DNA of 63,074 nt, the filler included, from Pirum gemmata (lineage: Eukaryota), in the NCBI GenBank assembly GCA_002812295.1. It is 12 parts of 12 records of this genome, joined end to end, with 100 filler letters (N's around TTAATTAATTAA, not from the genome) between each part and the next. Parts side by side here need not be neighbours in the genome. Positions count along the whole stretch, not along the records: positions 10,423 to 15,538 come from PDIN01000681.1; positions 15,639 to 20,778 come from PDIN01000682.1; positions 20,879 to 26,648 come from PDIN01000683.1; positions 26,749 to 31,824 come from PDIN01000684.1; 8 more parts are not named here. One strand, written 5' to 3'. Within the stretch, counting starts at the first letter, position 1. Each line of letters opens with the position of its first letter. Below, piece by piece: positions 14,460-26,832 of the stretch. The notes beneath the pieces were generated by a model. That model had not been told where the DNA came from. It did no database searches and was given only the letters and a program-made list of their open reading frames with translations. A program made the translations under genes and the position numbers.

Positions 14460-15086
14460 ATATTATCACTATATTATCAGAATCAGATCAGAATCATATA
14501 GACCAGCTGAGTTCTAACAGTTCTAACAGCTATGCTTCATTCCACTTTTCATTCCTTTTTTTTTATTATTTTCTTTTTACATAGACTTAGACTAGTAGTA
14601 CTATGATAATAATTATTATGATATAGATATGATATGACTATGATAATATTTTTAAAAAATATGATATTAAATAGACTAGACTACTAGCTAGTCTAATACC
14701 GGTAGTCTATAGACCTAGCCAGACTAAAATGGCAACATCCGCCATATGATCTCAAAAATCCAAAAAATCTCAAAAAGTACTACCAAATTTCGAGAAATAG
14801 TCTGACTAAGAAAACTCTATTATGAGCCAATTACTAGTTTTAATTAAATAGCACTAAAGGTTTTTAGAAAAGAAGTCAGGCAGTCTGAGGCAGATAATAA
14901 TTATGATATTATTATTATGCCAAAACAGCTGATGCCAAATCTTAGTCAAATCTTCATTCACAAAATCATGTAGATTTCCACTGGTTTGAATTGAGATTTC
15001 TCAAATTTTCACCTCTACACAGATTCTAGCTAAACCAGGAACCTTTTCACTTTTCACATTTGACTATCTTCTTCAGGGTTATAGAG

Positions 15087-15152
15087 TTAGGGTTAGGGTT
15101 AGGGTTAGGGTTAGGGTTAGGGTTAGGGTTAGGGTTAGGGTTAGGGTTAGGG
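15087..15152 (+). repeat. Interstitial telomeric repeat (TTAGGG)11
   Basis: Perfect array followed by ~390 bp of non-telomeric sequence within the same contig. Confidence 0.9.
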
Positions 15153-17925
15153 TTTATTATTATAATATGCTAATAATGTTAATTAATATTATTAATAATA
15201 ATAACAAAAATTACTTGTATAATTATAATAAGAACAATCTTAGTTTACCTGATAACATTGTTAATCGATGAAACTATAATTATAATTAGTTCCTAATATT
15301 TTAATACTACTGACTACGACGAATAAGTAATAACTTAGCCTTATTTAAATTTGTTATTAATAGGGGAAAATAGTAATGTTAATAATGGAACACTAATGGA
15401 ACTTTCCTTCAAGTACTAGTGTAAATTAATGCTTAAGCTTATTCTTTTAATTTTAATTATTGTGATTTTCATTTATTTTGTCACTCCGAATATTTATTTA
15501 GTTGCTTATAATATTTAAATTGATACTTTTAAATAAATNNNNNNNNNNNNNNNNNNNNNNNNNNNNNNNNNNNNNNNNNNNNTTAATTAATTAANNNNNN
15601 NNNNNNNNNNNNNNNNNNNNNNNNNNNNNNNNNNNNNNAAAAAAAAAAAAAAAAAAAAAAAAAAAACCATTAATTGTTTTTTTTTGTTGTTTTTTTTTTT
15701 TCATATGATAAAAAAAAGAAATGCAAAATCTTTTTATTCCAACTATAGAGATATATAAAATATATTATGGATTTAGCGAATCAAAATTAATTTAAGAATT
15801 AAAAATTGCAGAAGGTTTCTGCTGGCAACCCAAATATGGCTGGCAATTCAGGGAAAGTTCATGGGTGTGACCATGTGAACCTTGTGATTCACTGAGAATC
15901 TGACTGAAATTGTGAATTTGTGAGCCAGATGAATCAATTGTGGGGAATTTAGCATAATATATAAAAGATTCATGTTATTATGGTAAAAGTTATTGATAAT
16001 GATATTTTAAAAAATAATATGATAATATTATTATGATTTTATGATAGTTTATTCAAGACTATATGAAGTAAACTACCGGGGAAATCTAAGTTATATCATA
16101 CTATGATACATTTCTATCTATCGTATACCTAATTATAAATACATATTATATATAACTCATGAGCTATAGGGAACTACGATTGCAAAATACTACTAGCTAA
16201 CTAAATGCAGAGCCTCATGAGAGAAATGAGTGCTCACATACTAATTACACTAGTATAATATAGTAGTTATATATAATTGCCATTGTACAAAAGAAAACAT
16301 GCATATGGTTTACTGTTATTATTTTGTATACGTATACGTATATATATTAATTAATTAATACTATTATGCGTGGGTATTATTTATATAAATTATAAAATTT
16401 ATAAAGTCAATTAATAACATCATAAAATATAAAAGTAGAATATCATTACCATAATAATAATAATAAAAGAGAGTAAAAGGAGAGTAAACGGAGTTAGTTT
16501 TTTTGGCATAAGAAATATATTCAATAATTATTTAAAAAACTATCATATTCTTACTAATTCTTACTTACTATCTATAAGCCCGAGTTTGACATTCTTTAAC
16601 TTGATCAATATTTTTTACCAATTCTTGTTGTTTGTTGTTGTGTATATTATATATAATATAAATGTTTTGTTATTTTCATATATTGTCTCCTAATATGCAT
16701 AAAAGAGTATCATAATACATAATAATATTATAATACTCTGCCAGCGGGATAGCTAGTAGCTAGCTATTAGTAGAGCTGCTATCTGGCTACTAGACCTATC
16801 GGTAGCTCTGTAGCTAGAGCTATCTACTACGCTAGTAGACTAAAAAAATTGAAAAAAAAAAGACCCAACAAAAAACTAAGCAACAAAAAAGTTAGCTAGT
16901 TTCATAGTATCATAGTATTCCATGCAGTACAACCTACAGTGGTAGGTTTTATAATAATATTTGGCTATAAATTTTGAAATAAAGATAATATAATTATTGA
17001 ATGCGATAGTATTATCATAGTAAAATTTTGACTAATTAATATACCACCCATTAGTACTACTTAGTAGTACAATAATATCATAAGTACACCAGTACTCTTC
17101 TACTCTATATTATATAGGCGGGTGGAGGGAGTGTGGAGCTAGATCTAGAGTGTGGTGCGGTTTATGAATTTTAATTCATCTTATTTATATAATTAATTAT
17201 AATTACTTCATTCAAGGACAGAAGGATCCTCTGCTTCATCAGGAGAAAATTTTGTTTGAAAATTAGTTTATAATGAAATTAAAAGAACTAGCTAGCTTAG
17301 TAGAGAACATACGACATTACAGATATTAATAAAGAAGTTTGAATTCTATTTTATTTATAATACTATGCATAGTCATTATTATTTATAAAATAAAAATAAA
17401 AAGTATTATCATACCTGAAGACTTTTGCTATGATAGTTTGGAGGCACAGGGTCTATTTAGGCGACAGGTTCTCTAGCTAACTAGACTAGCTAGTAGCTAG
17501 CTAGTAGGCTAGTTGGGGCTGGTGTTAATAATAACGGTGTAACGCTGCTAATGATAGTTAGCTAGTAGTTATCATAGTAGCTATCATATTATATCGATAG
17601 CTTTTAGAAAGTAGAGCTAGCTAGCTACTTAGTAGTAGGGTAGAGTAGAGCAGAGCCAGAGTCAGAGACTAGGTAGGCAGGGGTCTAAACCCCCTACGGT
17701 CCTACCAGTGTGGATCTTTGGGAGGAACAATGAGTCATATAATGATTAGTAATATTACCATGTTAGTATTTTTTAAAAGTAATTTTAGTTTTACCCAATT
17801 AAATTAATATGTTATCTAAATTATGAGATATTACCAATTAATGGAAGTCTTTTAAAATTTATGCAATTAACAAACTATTTTTTCCTGGAGTCTCCGAACT
17901 TCAACTTTCTTTGACTTTTCTTTGG

Positions 17926-17988
<63 letters not shown>

Positions 17989-18093
17989 GCTAGCTAGCTA
18001 GCTAGACTTGTCTATCAGATATGTATCATGATACTAGCTAGCTTAGCCTAGCTAGTCTATAATAATAGTCTATCGATAGGTCTATCGATAATA

Positions 18094-18460
18094 GGGAGCG
18101 TTCAAATACTACGTAACACTTACGGGTTGGTAGGGGGGGGTAGAATTTTGTGACCAAAGTGACCATTTAATTAGTGTAGGNNNNNNNNNNNNNNNNNNNN
18201 NNNNNNNNNNNNNNNNNNNNNNNNNNNNNNNNNNNNNNNNNNNNNNNNNNNNNNNNNNNNNNNNNNNNNNNNNNNNNNNNNNNNNNNNNNNNNNNNNNNN
18301 NNNNNNNTGCTTTCTTGAGTATACTAATTAGGGTACTATTTTTTAAAACGTTACGTCATTATGGGTAGGTCATTTTTCTCGATGTTACGATTGTGTGACT
18401 TTTGAGTAGGTGGGTAGGCTTTTGCCGGAAATTAGCGTTACGTAGTATTTGAACGCTCCC
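18094..18460. mobile_element. MITE family B (PIF/Harbinger-like), with an internal assembly gap
   Basis: TIR GGGAGCGTTCAAATACTACGTAAC...GTTACGTAGTATTTGAACGCTCCC, flanked by a 3-bp ATA duplication. Confidence 0.8.
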
Positions 18461-19648
18461 ATAAGACTCTCTATCGGTATATCTGATAGTACTTGTAGTT
18501 TAGTCTAGCTAGCTATGATACTACTAACTCTAGCTAGCTAGAGAGTTTTATAATGGCTATCGATAGCTCTACTGCAGCTGGACTATAGATTTTTTTCTGC
18601 TTTTCTTCCAATAATAATAATTTTTTTTTCTATGATATTATGATACATCATAATAATTATAGCTATAATTATGAACATGACTTCACACTGTTCACAGGTT
18701 TCGAATATAGCCTTTTATTAGAAGAGTATATCACACTGGTGAGTGGTGAGTAAGAAATCCCATGTATTTATTATAATACACAATCATACAAACACTTTTC
18801 ATCCAAATCGTTATATGATAGTAAAAAAGTACCATAACTTAGAAAGATATTAATAATGTATTCTTCATTCTTACCGTTTGTTAGTTTTAGGTAGCACATA
18901 CTTGCTATCTAATACTATTACTATAGCTAACAAAATAAAAAGTCAGTGCTTTTAGTTAATTGATTATAAGTAAATTTGAATTTAATTAAAGTTGCTATTT
19001 TTTTGACCAAGTTTTTGGTTTATTAATTGAAATGTTTTTTTAATTTGTTTTGTAAAATTTTTTAAAGAGTTGAATTTGATGTGCGTTCGATTTAATCAAT
19101 TTAATTAATTTTTAGCATACCAACCCTTCATTGTAATTATAAATAAATACTATGCATCATAAAATTTATAAATCAAAATGCATAAAAAATGAAATTTATA
19201 CGGATCATCTATAAAATTCTTCACATTAAATTTTATTAATTAATATATTATTATTATTATTATATATATATCTAGAACTAACAGAATATTTTGTAGGGGC
19301 ACTATTCATATTAGTATACGATGTAAGTCTAATTATAATAATAAAGATGTTCTGTATTATTATCAGCTATTGTAACATTGTATTATCACTGTATTTTCAT
19401 AATAATATTGTAATTACAGCTAGATAATACTTTAATTAAACATTCCGGATCCTGACTGTTATTGATTTTAATTTCATAATAATTAGTAATTATTATTTAT
19501 AAGCATGCTTAGTATGGCTATGGGTAATCTTATGTGCCATATCATGAGAGTTTGTCATTACTCCCTTATAACAATACTATATAGATAGTATAGATTCTAT
19601 AGAATGCTAATGATAGTTTTTTTTTTTTATTTTTTTTTTAACACTATT

Positions 19649-19869
19649 AAAATGGCGACATCCGCCATATGAGCTCAAAAATCCAAATCTCAAAATGACC
19701 CAATGTAAAAAAAAGTACTACCAAATGTTTGAGAAATCGTCTAACTAAGAAAACTCTATTATGAGCCAATGACTAGGTTTCAAAAATAATTTGGCTAGTT
19801 ATAATTAAAGATTTAGAAAAAAAGTCTAAAAAAAAAAAGATTTCTATAGTTTTATCCGGCTTGGTAGTT
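19649..19869. mobile_element. MITE family D copy (one TIR lost)
   Basis: Inverted match to 10053-10291. Confidence 0.75.
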
Positions 19870-20452
19870 AAAAAAAAAAAAAAAACTGAAAAAACATGTT
19901 GTACATCACATGTATGTAGATGTATTTTTAATTTTAATTAAAATCGTTTTTTGTTGTCTTTTTCGATATTGAATTCGGACCTAATTTTTTCTCAATTTTT
20001 GTTGTATCGAGGATTATTGAGGGTTGATTGTCATTTTTATATTACACATACATATAATACATATATTGATATATATTTATACTCCTGCGTAGTGGTCTAT
20101 ATATATTATATACAATTAGATAATAATAATAATAATGATTTATAATATAGTAATAGTAATATTAATTATAAATTCGTAATAATAATAAATAATACTTATA
20201 TAAATGAGACCTCATGTAGGACCCTACTACCTACCTCAGTGTTATGATAGTAGATATCGATACTACGATGATGTTGCCCATACATGCCTTTTTTTTTTTT
20301 TTCCTAGAATTATTTCACTTTTTCCCCCTCGTTTTTTCCTAGTAGTTTTCAAAAACCCAACTCCTTACATAAATATTCTAATCCTTTATAAATTATATTT
20401 CCCCTATTTTTCAGTTTTTTTTTCAGTTTTTTTTTTTTTTTTTTTTTTTAAT

Positions 20453-20483
<31 letters not shown>

Positions 20484-21587
20484 CCTTTGTAAACTTTGAG
20501 ATCAAACTTTTTTGTAAAATAGCCTCGTAAAATAGCCTGTTTTCACCTAGTAGACGTCTATTTTCAATCTCTAAAAAAAGCAGGGTAGTCTAATTAATTA
20601 GTACTACCATTTTTAATAAAAACATGAGAACAACGATTTAAAACGGTTAGAATGAAAAGTGGTTGCTCTTTTAATGGATATTTATTTACTTGTAAAAAAT
20701 ATTTTTAAAATTAGAAGTAACTCAGCATTTTACCCCTTTTTTCCATTTCACTTTTTGATCCAAATTTGGTAGGCCCTANNNNNNNNNNNNNNNNNNNNNN
20801 NNNNNNNNNNNNNNNNNNNNNNTTAATTAATTAANNNNNNNNNNNNNNNNNNNNNNNNNNNNNNNNNNNNNNNNNNNNCTCATTTCCCGAAAAGTTTGTC
20901 AAAGTAAAACTTCTTTTTGTCATTTTGAAATGACAGCGCTTGCTGACGAATATTGGATCGAACCGCTAACCTTAAATTATTAAGGTTTTGAGACTCCGCT
21001 CTTTAGAAACCAAGGAGCCAACATTAACATCTGAGACATTATTTACACCAAGGAAACCTTCATTTATATTATAAAAGACGTTATTGCTCGAAAGTGTGAC
21101 TTAAACTGTTTTAGGCAGTAATTGATTATTAAAATGAACTTTAAAATTATAACCAAAAGTGTTTTGGGCAAAGAGGCATAGGTAAGATTAGGTGACATCC
21201 TTTATGGATGATTCCCAGCTAAATATAAAATGAAGGGAGATCAAGGGATATCGATAAATATATAATATAATATAGAGGAGGGTCTATATTATATATATTA
21301 ATAATATATATTATATTATTTATTATTGTATCATAAAAAAAAGAAAATTGATGTTGAGTGTGAGGCACGCCTTCAATGANNNNNNNNNNNNNNNNNNNNN
21401 NNNNNNNNNNNNNNNNNNNNNNNNNNNNNNNNNNNNNNNNNNNNNNNNNNNNNNNNNNNNNNNNNNNNNNNNNNTGTTGTTGTTGTTGTTGTTAATATTA
21501 TTATTAATTATTATTATTATTATTATCACAAGTACTAGTTTGGAATAGTAGTAGTAGTACTAGTAGTACTAGTAGTAGTGGTGGTAC

Positions 21588-21730
21588 TTTGTTGCTGTTT
21601 GCTGTTTGTTGTTTGTTTGTTGTTTGTTGTTTGTTGTTTGTTGTTTGTTTGTTGTTTGTTTGTTGTTTGTTGTTTGTAGTTTGTTGTTTGTAGTTTGTTG
21701 TTTGTGTTTGTTGTTTGTTGTTTGTTTTAA
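21588..21730. repeat. (TTGTTTG)n microsatellite
   Basis: 7-mer array; produces a spurious LLFVVCC ORF. Confidence 0.85.
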
Positions 21731-21971
21731 TTTTAAGTCACTGTTGTTTGTTTTAATTTTAAGTCACTTTTGTCTAATATTAACTTTTTAATGGTACTAT
21801 CTTTAATAATCTATCTACTATCATAGTCTATAAAAAAAAATTGTTCAGTTATATTTTGCAGCTGTTTTTATTATTACAGTCTACTTTGTTTGTAAAGTTA
21901 TTAGCCTCTACTTTTGTTGTCAAAAAACAAAAATCTATCATAGAAAGAAACAAAATTATTACAAAAGTTCG

Positions 21972-22003
<32 letters not shown>

Positions 22004-22351
22004 TAATTTTTACAAAAAAAAGGGAAATTTAATTGGCTTAAAAAAAAAAGAGGAAGATGATTCGGTGGAAATGCATTTATTATTAGACTCTGATGAAAAT
22101 CTTTTGATTGTGAACTAAAAAAAAAAAAGTTTCTTTTTATGCATAAGTCTCTCCAATTTGATACAAAGTTTTGAAAAAGTTTTTTTTAAAAAAAAGTTCT
22201 ACTACTAATTTGGAAATTTTGGAATTTTTCCAGCAGGTTAAAAATTTTTCCTGAGGTTTTTTCCAGTTTTTTTTTTTTATTATAGTATTAATATCATAAT
22301 ATCAGTATAATAATATTATCATATAATTTAAAAAATTTTTTTTTATAAATA

Positions 22352-22724
22352 GGGATCGCAAATAATACGTCACGTCATGGGGTAGGTAGGTAGGTGGTAT
22401 TTCACCGGAAAATAACGTCGAGGGGTAGGTAGGTAGGGGTATTTGAAGCTGTATTTGACCGGAAATTGGCGTTANNNNNNNNNNNNNNNNNNNNNNNNNN
22501 NNNNNNNNNNNNNNNNNNNNNNNNNNNNNNNNNNNNNNNNNNNNNNNNNNNNNNNNNNNNNNNNNNNNNNNNNNNNNNNNNNNNNNATGAGGGGTAATTT
22601 AGGGTACTATTTTTTCCAAATCGTTACGTCATAAGGGGTAGGTAGTCGTGACAGGACTGTTACATGGGGGTAGTAGGGTAGGTTTTTGTCCCAAATCGGC
22701 GTTACGTAATTATTGAACGCTCCC
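22352..22724. mobile_element. MITE family B copy or copies spanning a gap
   Basis: Family TIRs and internal GGGGTAGGTAGGTAGG motifs. Confidence 0.7.
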
Positions 22725-22734
22725 TAATATTATC

Positions 22735-22916
22735 GTGCCTTTCATTTATTTTGTCATTCTAAATATTTATTTGGAGGGTTATAATATATAAAATTGACAT
22801 TTTTAAATCAATATATAGATAATAAAATATACCAAATTAAATGGAATAGATTTATATTATATTAATTTGGTACTATTTATTGTATATTTTATGATGACAA
22901 AACAACTGAAAAGCAC
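22735..22916. mobile_element. MITE family A copy
   Basis: Both TIRs present; TA flanks. Confidence 0.85.
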
Positions 22917-22954
22917 AATATTAAATCATGGTGATATACAGTTGTATTATTATA

Positions 22955-23170
22955 GGAAGGGTGACACCCCTCCAATTACGACTCTGAAATTTTCATTTTC
23001 CGCTATGGTTGCGGCTTACCATTTAAAGTAAAAAATAAACTATTTAAAGTAACTTAAGTTACTATACTAAGACTATTCAAATAAAAGCAAATTGTTTTAC
23101 TATTTATGTTTTACAATTTACTTAATTGGGAAGCCGTAAATGGCTGCGGGTTGCGGGTCATTGACTTATA
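22955..23170. mobile_element. MITE family E copy (partial)
   Basis: Starts GGAAGGGTGACACCCC; inverted match to 55138-55394. Confidence 0.65.
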
Positions 23171-24508
23171 GAACTCTTATAATATCAATATTATATATGA
23201 TAAAAAACTATTATGCTTTTCATTTATTTTGTCACTCTGAATATTTATTATCATATATCATATCATATATCGATTATATTATGTATATTATAATATGTAA
23301 AGAAACAAGAAAAACAAATAATATATCAAAAAATTATTATTATACATTAGGTATTACGCGTGCAAGATTAATTGTAACAATAAATCGTACTTAAATAAAT
23401 TGAAATAATAACCTAATAAAAATAATATAATAATAATAATAATAAATATAATATTTTGTTGGTTATTTATTAAAGGTCTTTTTGATGATATCAGCTAGTA
23501 GCATAATATAAAAACCTACCTTTAATGCTAACTAGCCAAATTATTTTTAAAATTAAAATCTAGCCATTGATTTATAATAGAGTTTTTTAGTTATAATAAT
23601 ATTGCTAAACTTGGATTAATTTTGAGCTCATATGACGAATATCGCCATTTTTATCCGACTTGGTAGTTTTTTTCAATCATTCTTCAGAGAGACTACGGGT
23701 ATAACTAAGGGTATGTATGATAACAGGTGATTAAATTAGTCTTGAAAGAGGTTTATTTATTTATTCATTTATGTATCCGATAATAAATTAACCCCCCTGA
23801 GTTTGCTGAGAGAGCCAGTTCCTGAGTTCTGACTCAAATTTTGGGGTCATAATGGGGCATACATACCTTTTTAAAGGGGCTCATGACTGGCTCATGGTTT
23901 TTGTTTCGGTATCAGTTGGTATCATAATAATATATTAATATTTCGTACAGCTACAATATAATAAGGACTATATAAGTCCATTAGTGGTCATGGTTATGGT
24001 TAATAGGTTATGGTTATGGTAATAGTTTTATATAACCATTTTTTTGCTATATATATATGGTTATAAATGGTAATGATTATGGTTATAATTAAGTAGAACA
24101 AGCGAAATTGATAGGAATATATTTTTTTAAAAAAATAATAATATTGATAATGTAATTATACATACATTATATTATATTTTTAATTAATAATATAATTTAT
24201 TAATATTATTTTTGTTATTAATTACTATCATTAATTTTTTAAAAATAATATCAAAAATCTAAATCTGTGTACCATATAATATAATTTCGATAAAAAGGCT
24301 AAAATAATAATAATAATAATAATAATCCTAGTAGTTTTCCTAATAAAAACATCAAAGAAATTTACTTGATTTATTTTTATAAACACTATCGATTGAAAAA
24401 TATACACAAAAAAAACAAATAAAAAAAATATTTTTACATAAAAACGATATACGATAAAGGTTAATTAAGTTAGTTTATAGAAATAAAATATGCATATTAT
24501 ATTATTAA

Positions 24509-24640
24509 GGAGCCGTAACGTCAACTTCCAGTCAAATACAGCTTCAAATACCCCTACCTACCTACCCCTCGACGTTAATTTCCAGTCAAATACCACCTAC
24601 CTACCTACCCCTTGACGTGACGTATTATTTGAACTCTCCC
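24509..24640. mobile_element. MITE family B copy
   Basis: Internal CAAATAC...CCTACCTACCTACCCC repeats and right TIR ACGTATTATTTGAACTCTCCC. Confidence 0.75.
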
Positions 24641-24885
24641 TTATATTATTATAATTACATTTTATCAATAATTATATGATACAAATAAACCCTAATTAAT
24701 CCTAATTTTTCACCCCTATGCATTATGACAACCTTTTATCGTGCTTTTCAGTTTTTTTATCATCATAAAATATATAATTAATAAGAGTACCAAATAAATA
24801 TAATATAAATCCATTTAATTTAATTTAGTATATTTTATTATCTATTTATTAATTTAAAAATGTCAGCTTTTAAATATTATAACCA

Positions 24886-25071
24886 ATGACTGTTATGGAA
24901 TACATTCCATATGGGATAAAATTTTCACGATTAATTAGATGTGAATACGTTAGTGATGAAATCATACATTCAGTAATTCTACAAACTCTGATAGGAATTA
25001 TTATGGCCCAAGATAACAGTCAATTGGTTCATTATGATTTACACTCGAATAATATACTGTTAAGGTTATAA
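24886..25071 (+). pseudogene. Protein kinase fragment (hinge to catalytic loop) resembling NCLDV/iridovirus-type Ser/Thr kinases
   Basis: VMEYI...VSDEIIHSVILQTLIGIIMAQ...LVHYDLHSNNILL; no N-lobe, no DFG and no introns; directly abuts a truncated MITE A. Confidence 0.7.
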
Positions 25072-26256
25072 TACAATTTACAAATTATGAATAATAATTT
25101 ATATAAACTTAACAATAATGATTTGATTGATAATATAAATATTGGTTATATAATATTATATGGAACCAGATTAGGGTTTTTCGGAACATGAAATATTATA
25201 TAGAGATTTCTATTCTTATATAATTAAATTATCAACTTATATTAATAATTATAATTATTATATAATTATCATACATTTTACAATATTGAACGAAATAAGT
25301 TGAATCCTATGCTATGCGCAGAATTTTTTGAAAGCCAAAAGTTATCATAGTCGTTTGTAAAAATACTGTGTATCAGTACTTAGAATTTTTTGAAAGCCAA
25401 AAGTTATCATAGTCGTTTGTAAAAATACTGTGTAGTACGTACTGTGTGCACTTTCTTTAGAAAGAAAAACTTACACACACAAACAAGCACAAAAAAAAAA
25501 CATTGTTTCAAACTTTCTTGAAAAAAAAAAAAAAAAAAAATAATAGTTTAGTTGAGCAAAATAGTTAGTAGACTCCGAACTTGGAGTCCGAAGACTCGGT
25601 CAATCACGATTTCGCGGTGAGACAGCGAAGCTTCGCCCACTCACCGACTCTCACGAGTCTTACCCTGCCTTTGACTTTTCTACTTTTCTGTTTGCTATAT
25701 ATAAATGATTTAATTAATAGTATTCAATAGTACTATTAAATGTTATAAATGTATACTTTAATATTAAATGAATATCCCCACCTAACCCTGCGGTAGTTCA
25801 CATGTCTTTACCCTAACAATTTCTAACCTTTTAATTAATAACAAGTTTTAACAGTCTATGGTACCCTAACCCTAACCTAACACTCTCAGTTATTCAATCC
25901 CTTAATAAAACTTATATAGTATTAATACCTTATATATAAATTAATAAATATTAATATTAATATTAATACTCTAACTAGCAGCTATATAGCTACTACTTCT
26001 AGTCCCTGGTCCCATGCTTTTTTTATTAATATTATCGATAGTGAATTAATGTTGTCACAGACTCACATTGTTGTGGTAAATATTGTTATTAGTTGTAAAT
26101 AATATGATAATAAAAAAACTTAGTAACAAAATTTTCACTCAAATTAGTCTCAAATCTGTGTCTATATTAATATTATAAAACATTTGACTCAAATTTGTTT
26201 CTATTTTGTCACGAGACTATTTATTTTTATTTTTTTTATTTAGACCCCCAGTCATC

Positions 26257-26437
26257 GTGCTTTTCAGTCAGTTATTTTGTATATATACAATAAATAGTAC
26301 CAAATTAATACAATATAAATCCATTTAATTTAATTTAGTATATTTTATTATAATAAATATATAAATTTAAAAGTATCAACGTAAATATTATAAACAACCA
26401 AATAAATATTCGGAGTGACAAAATAAATGAAAAGCAC
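26257..26437. mobile_element. MITE family A copy
   Basis: Both TIRs present. Confidence 0.8.
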
Positions 26438-26832
26438 AAAGCACAATAAAGCACAATAAAATAAATAAAAATTTAATTTAATGTATCATAGCCTACTTAC
26501 TACTATCGATACTACCGGTTATATACATCGCGGGGTGTCCCTCCGGTAGCGACTGGATCTCGATAACACACTTTCTTGTGTCTATTCGTCAGCACGTCAT
26601 TTTAAAATGACGTTTTATCTCAAATCCAACGTGGTCGTATTAACACTTNNNNNNNNNNNNNNNNNNNNNNNNNNNNNNNNNNNNNNNNNNNNTTAATTAA
26701 TTAANNNNNNNNNNNNNNNNNNNNNNNNNNNNNNNNNNNNNNNNNNNNTAATAATAATAATAATAATAAAGAAATTAAATAAAAATTACAAAACAAAAAC
26801 TTTATTTAACATAAAATAGAAATTGTATCTAG

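Noticed and set aside
17210..17430. Tiny AG/GT-bounded exon-like pieces on the minus strand
   Set aside because: Too short and disrupted to support a gene.
25320..25435. Short direct repeats (also 40330-40420, 43250-43340, 46020-46101, 51950-52052) as possible CRISPR-like arrays
   Set aside because: Simple two-copy tandem duplications with no spacers and no cas genes.
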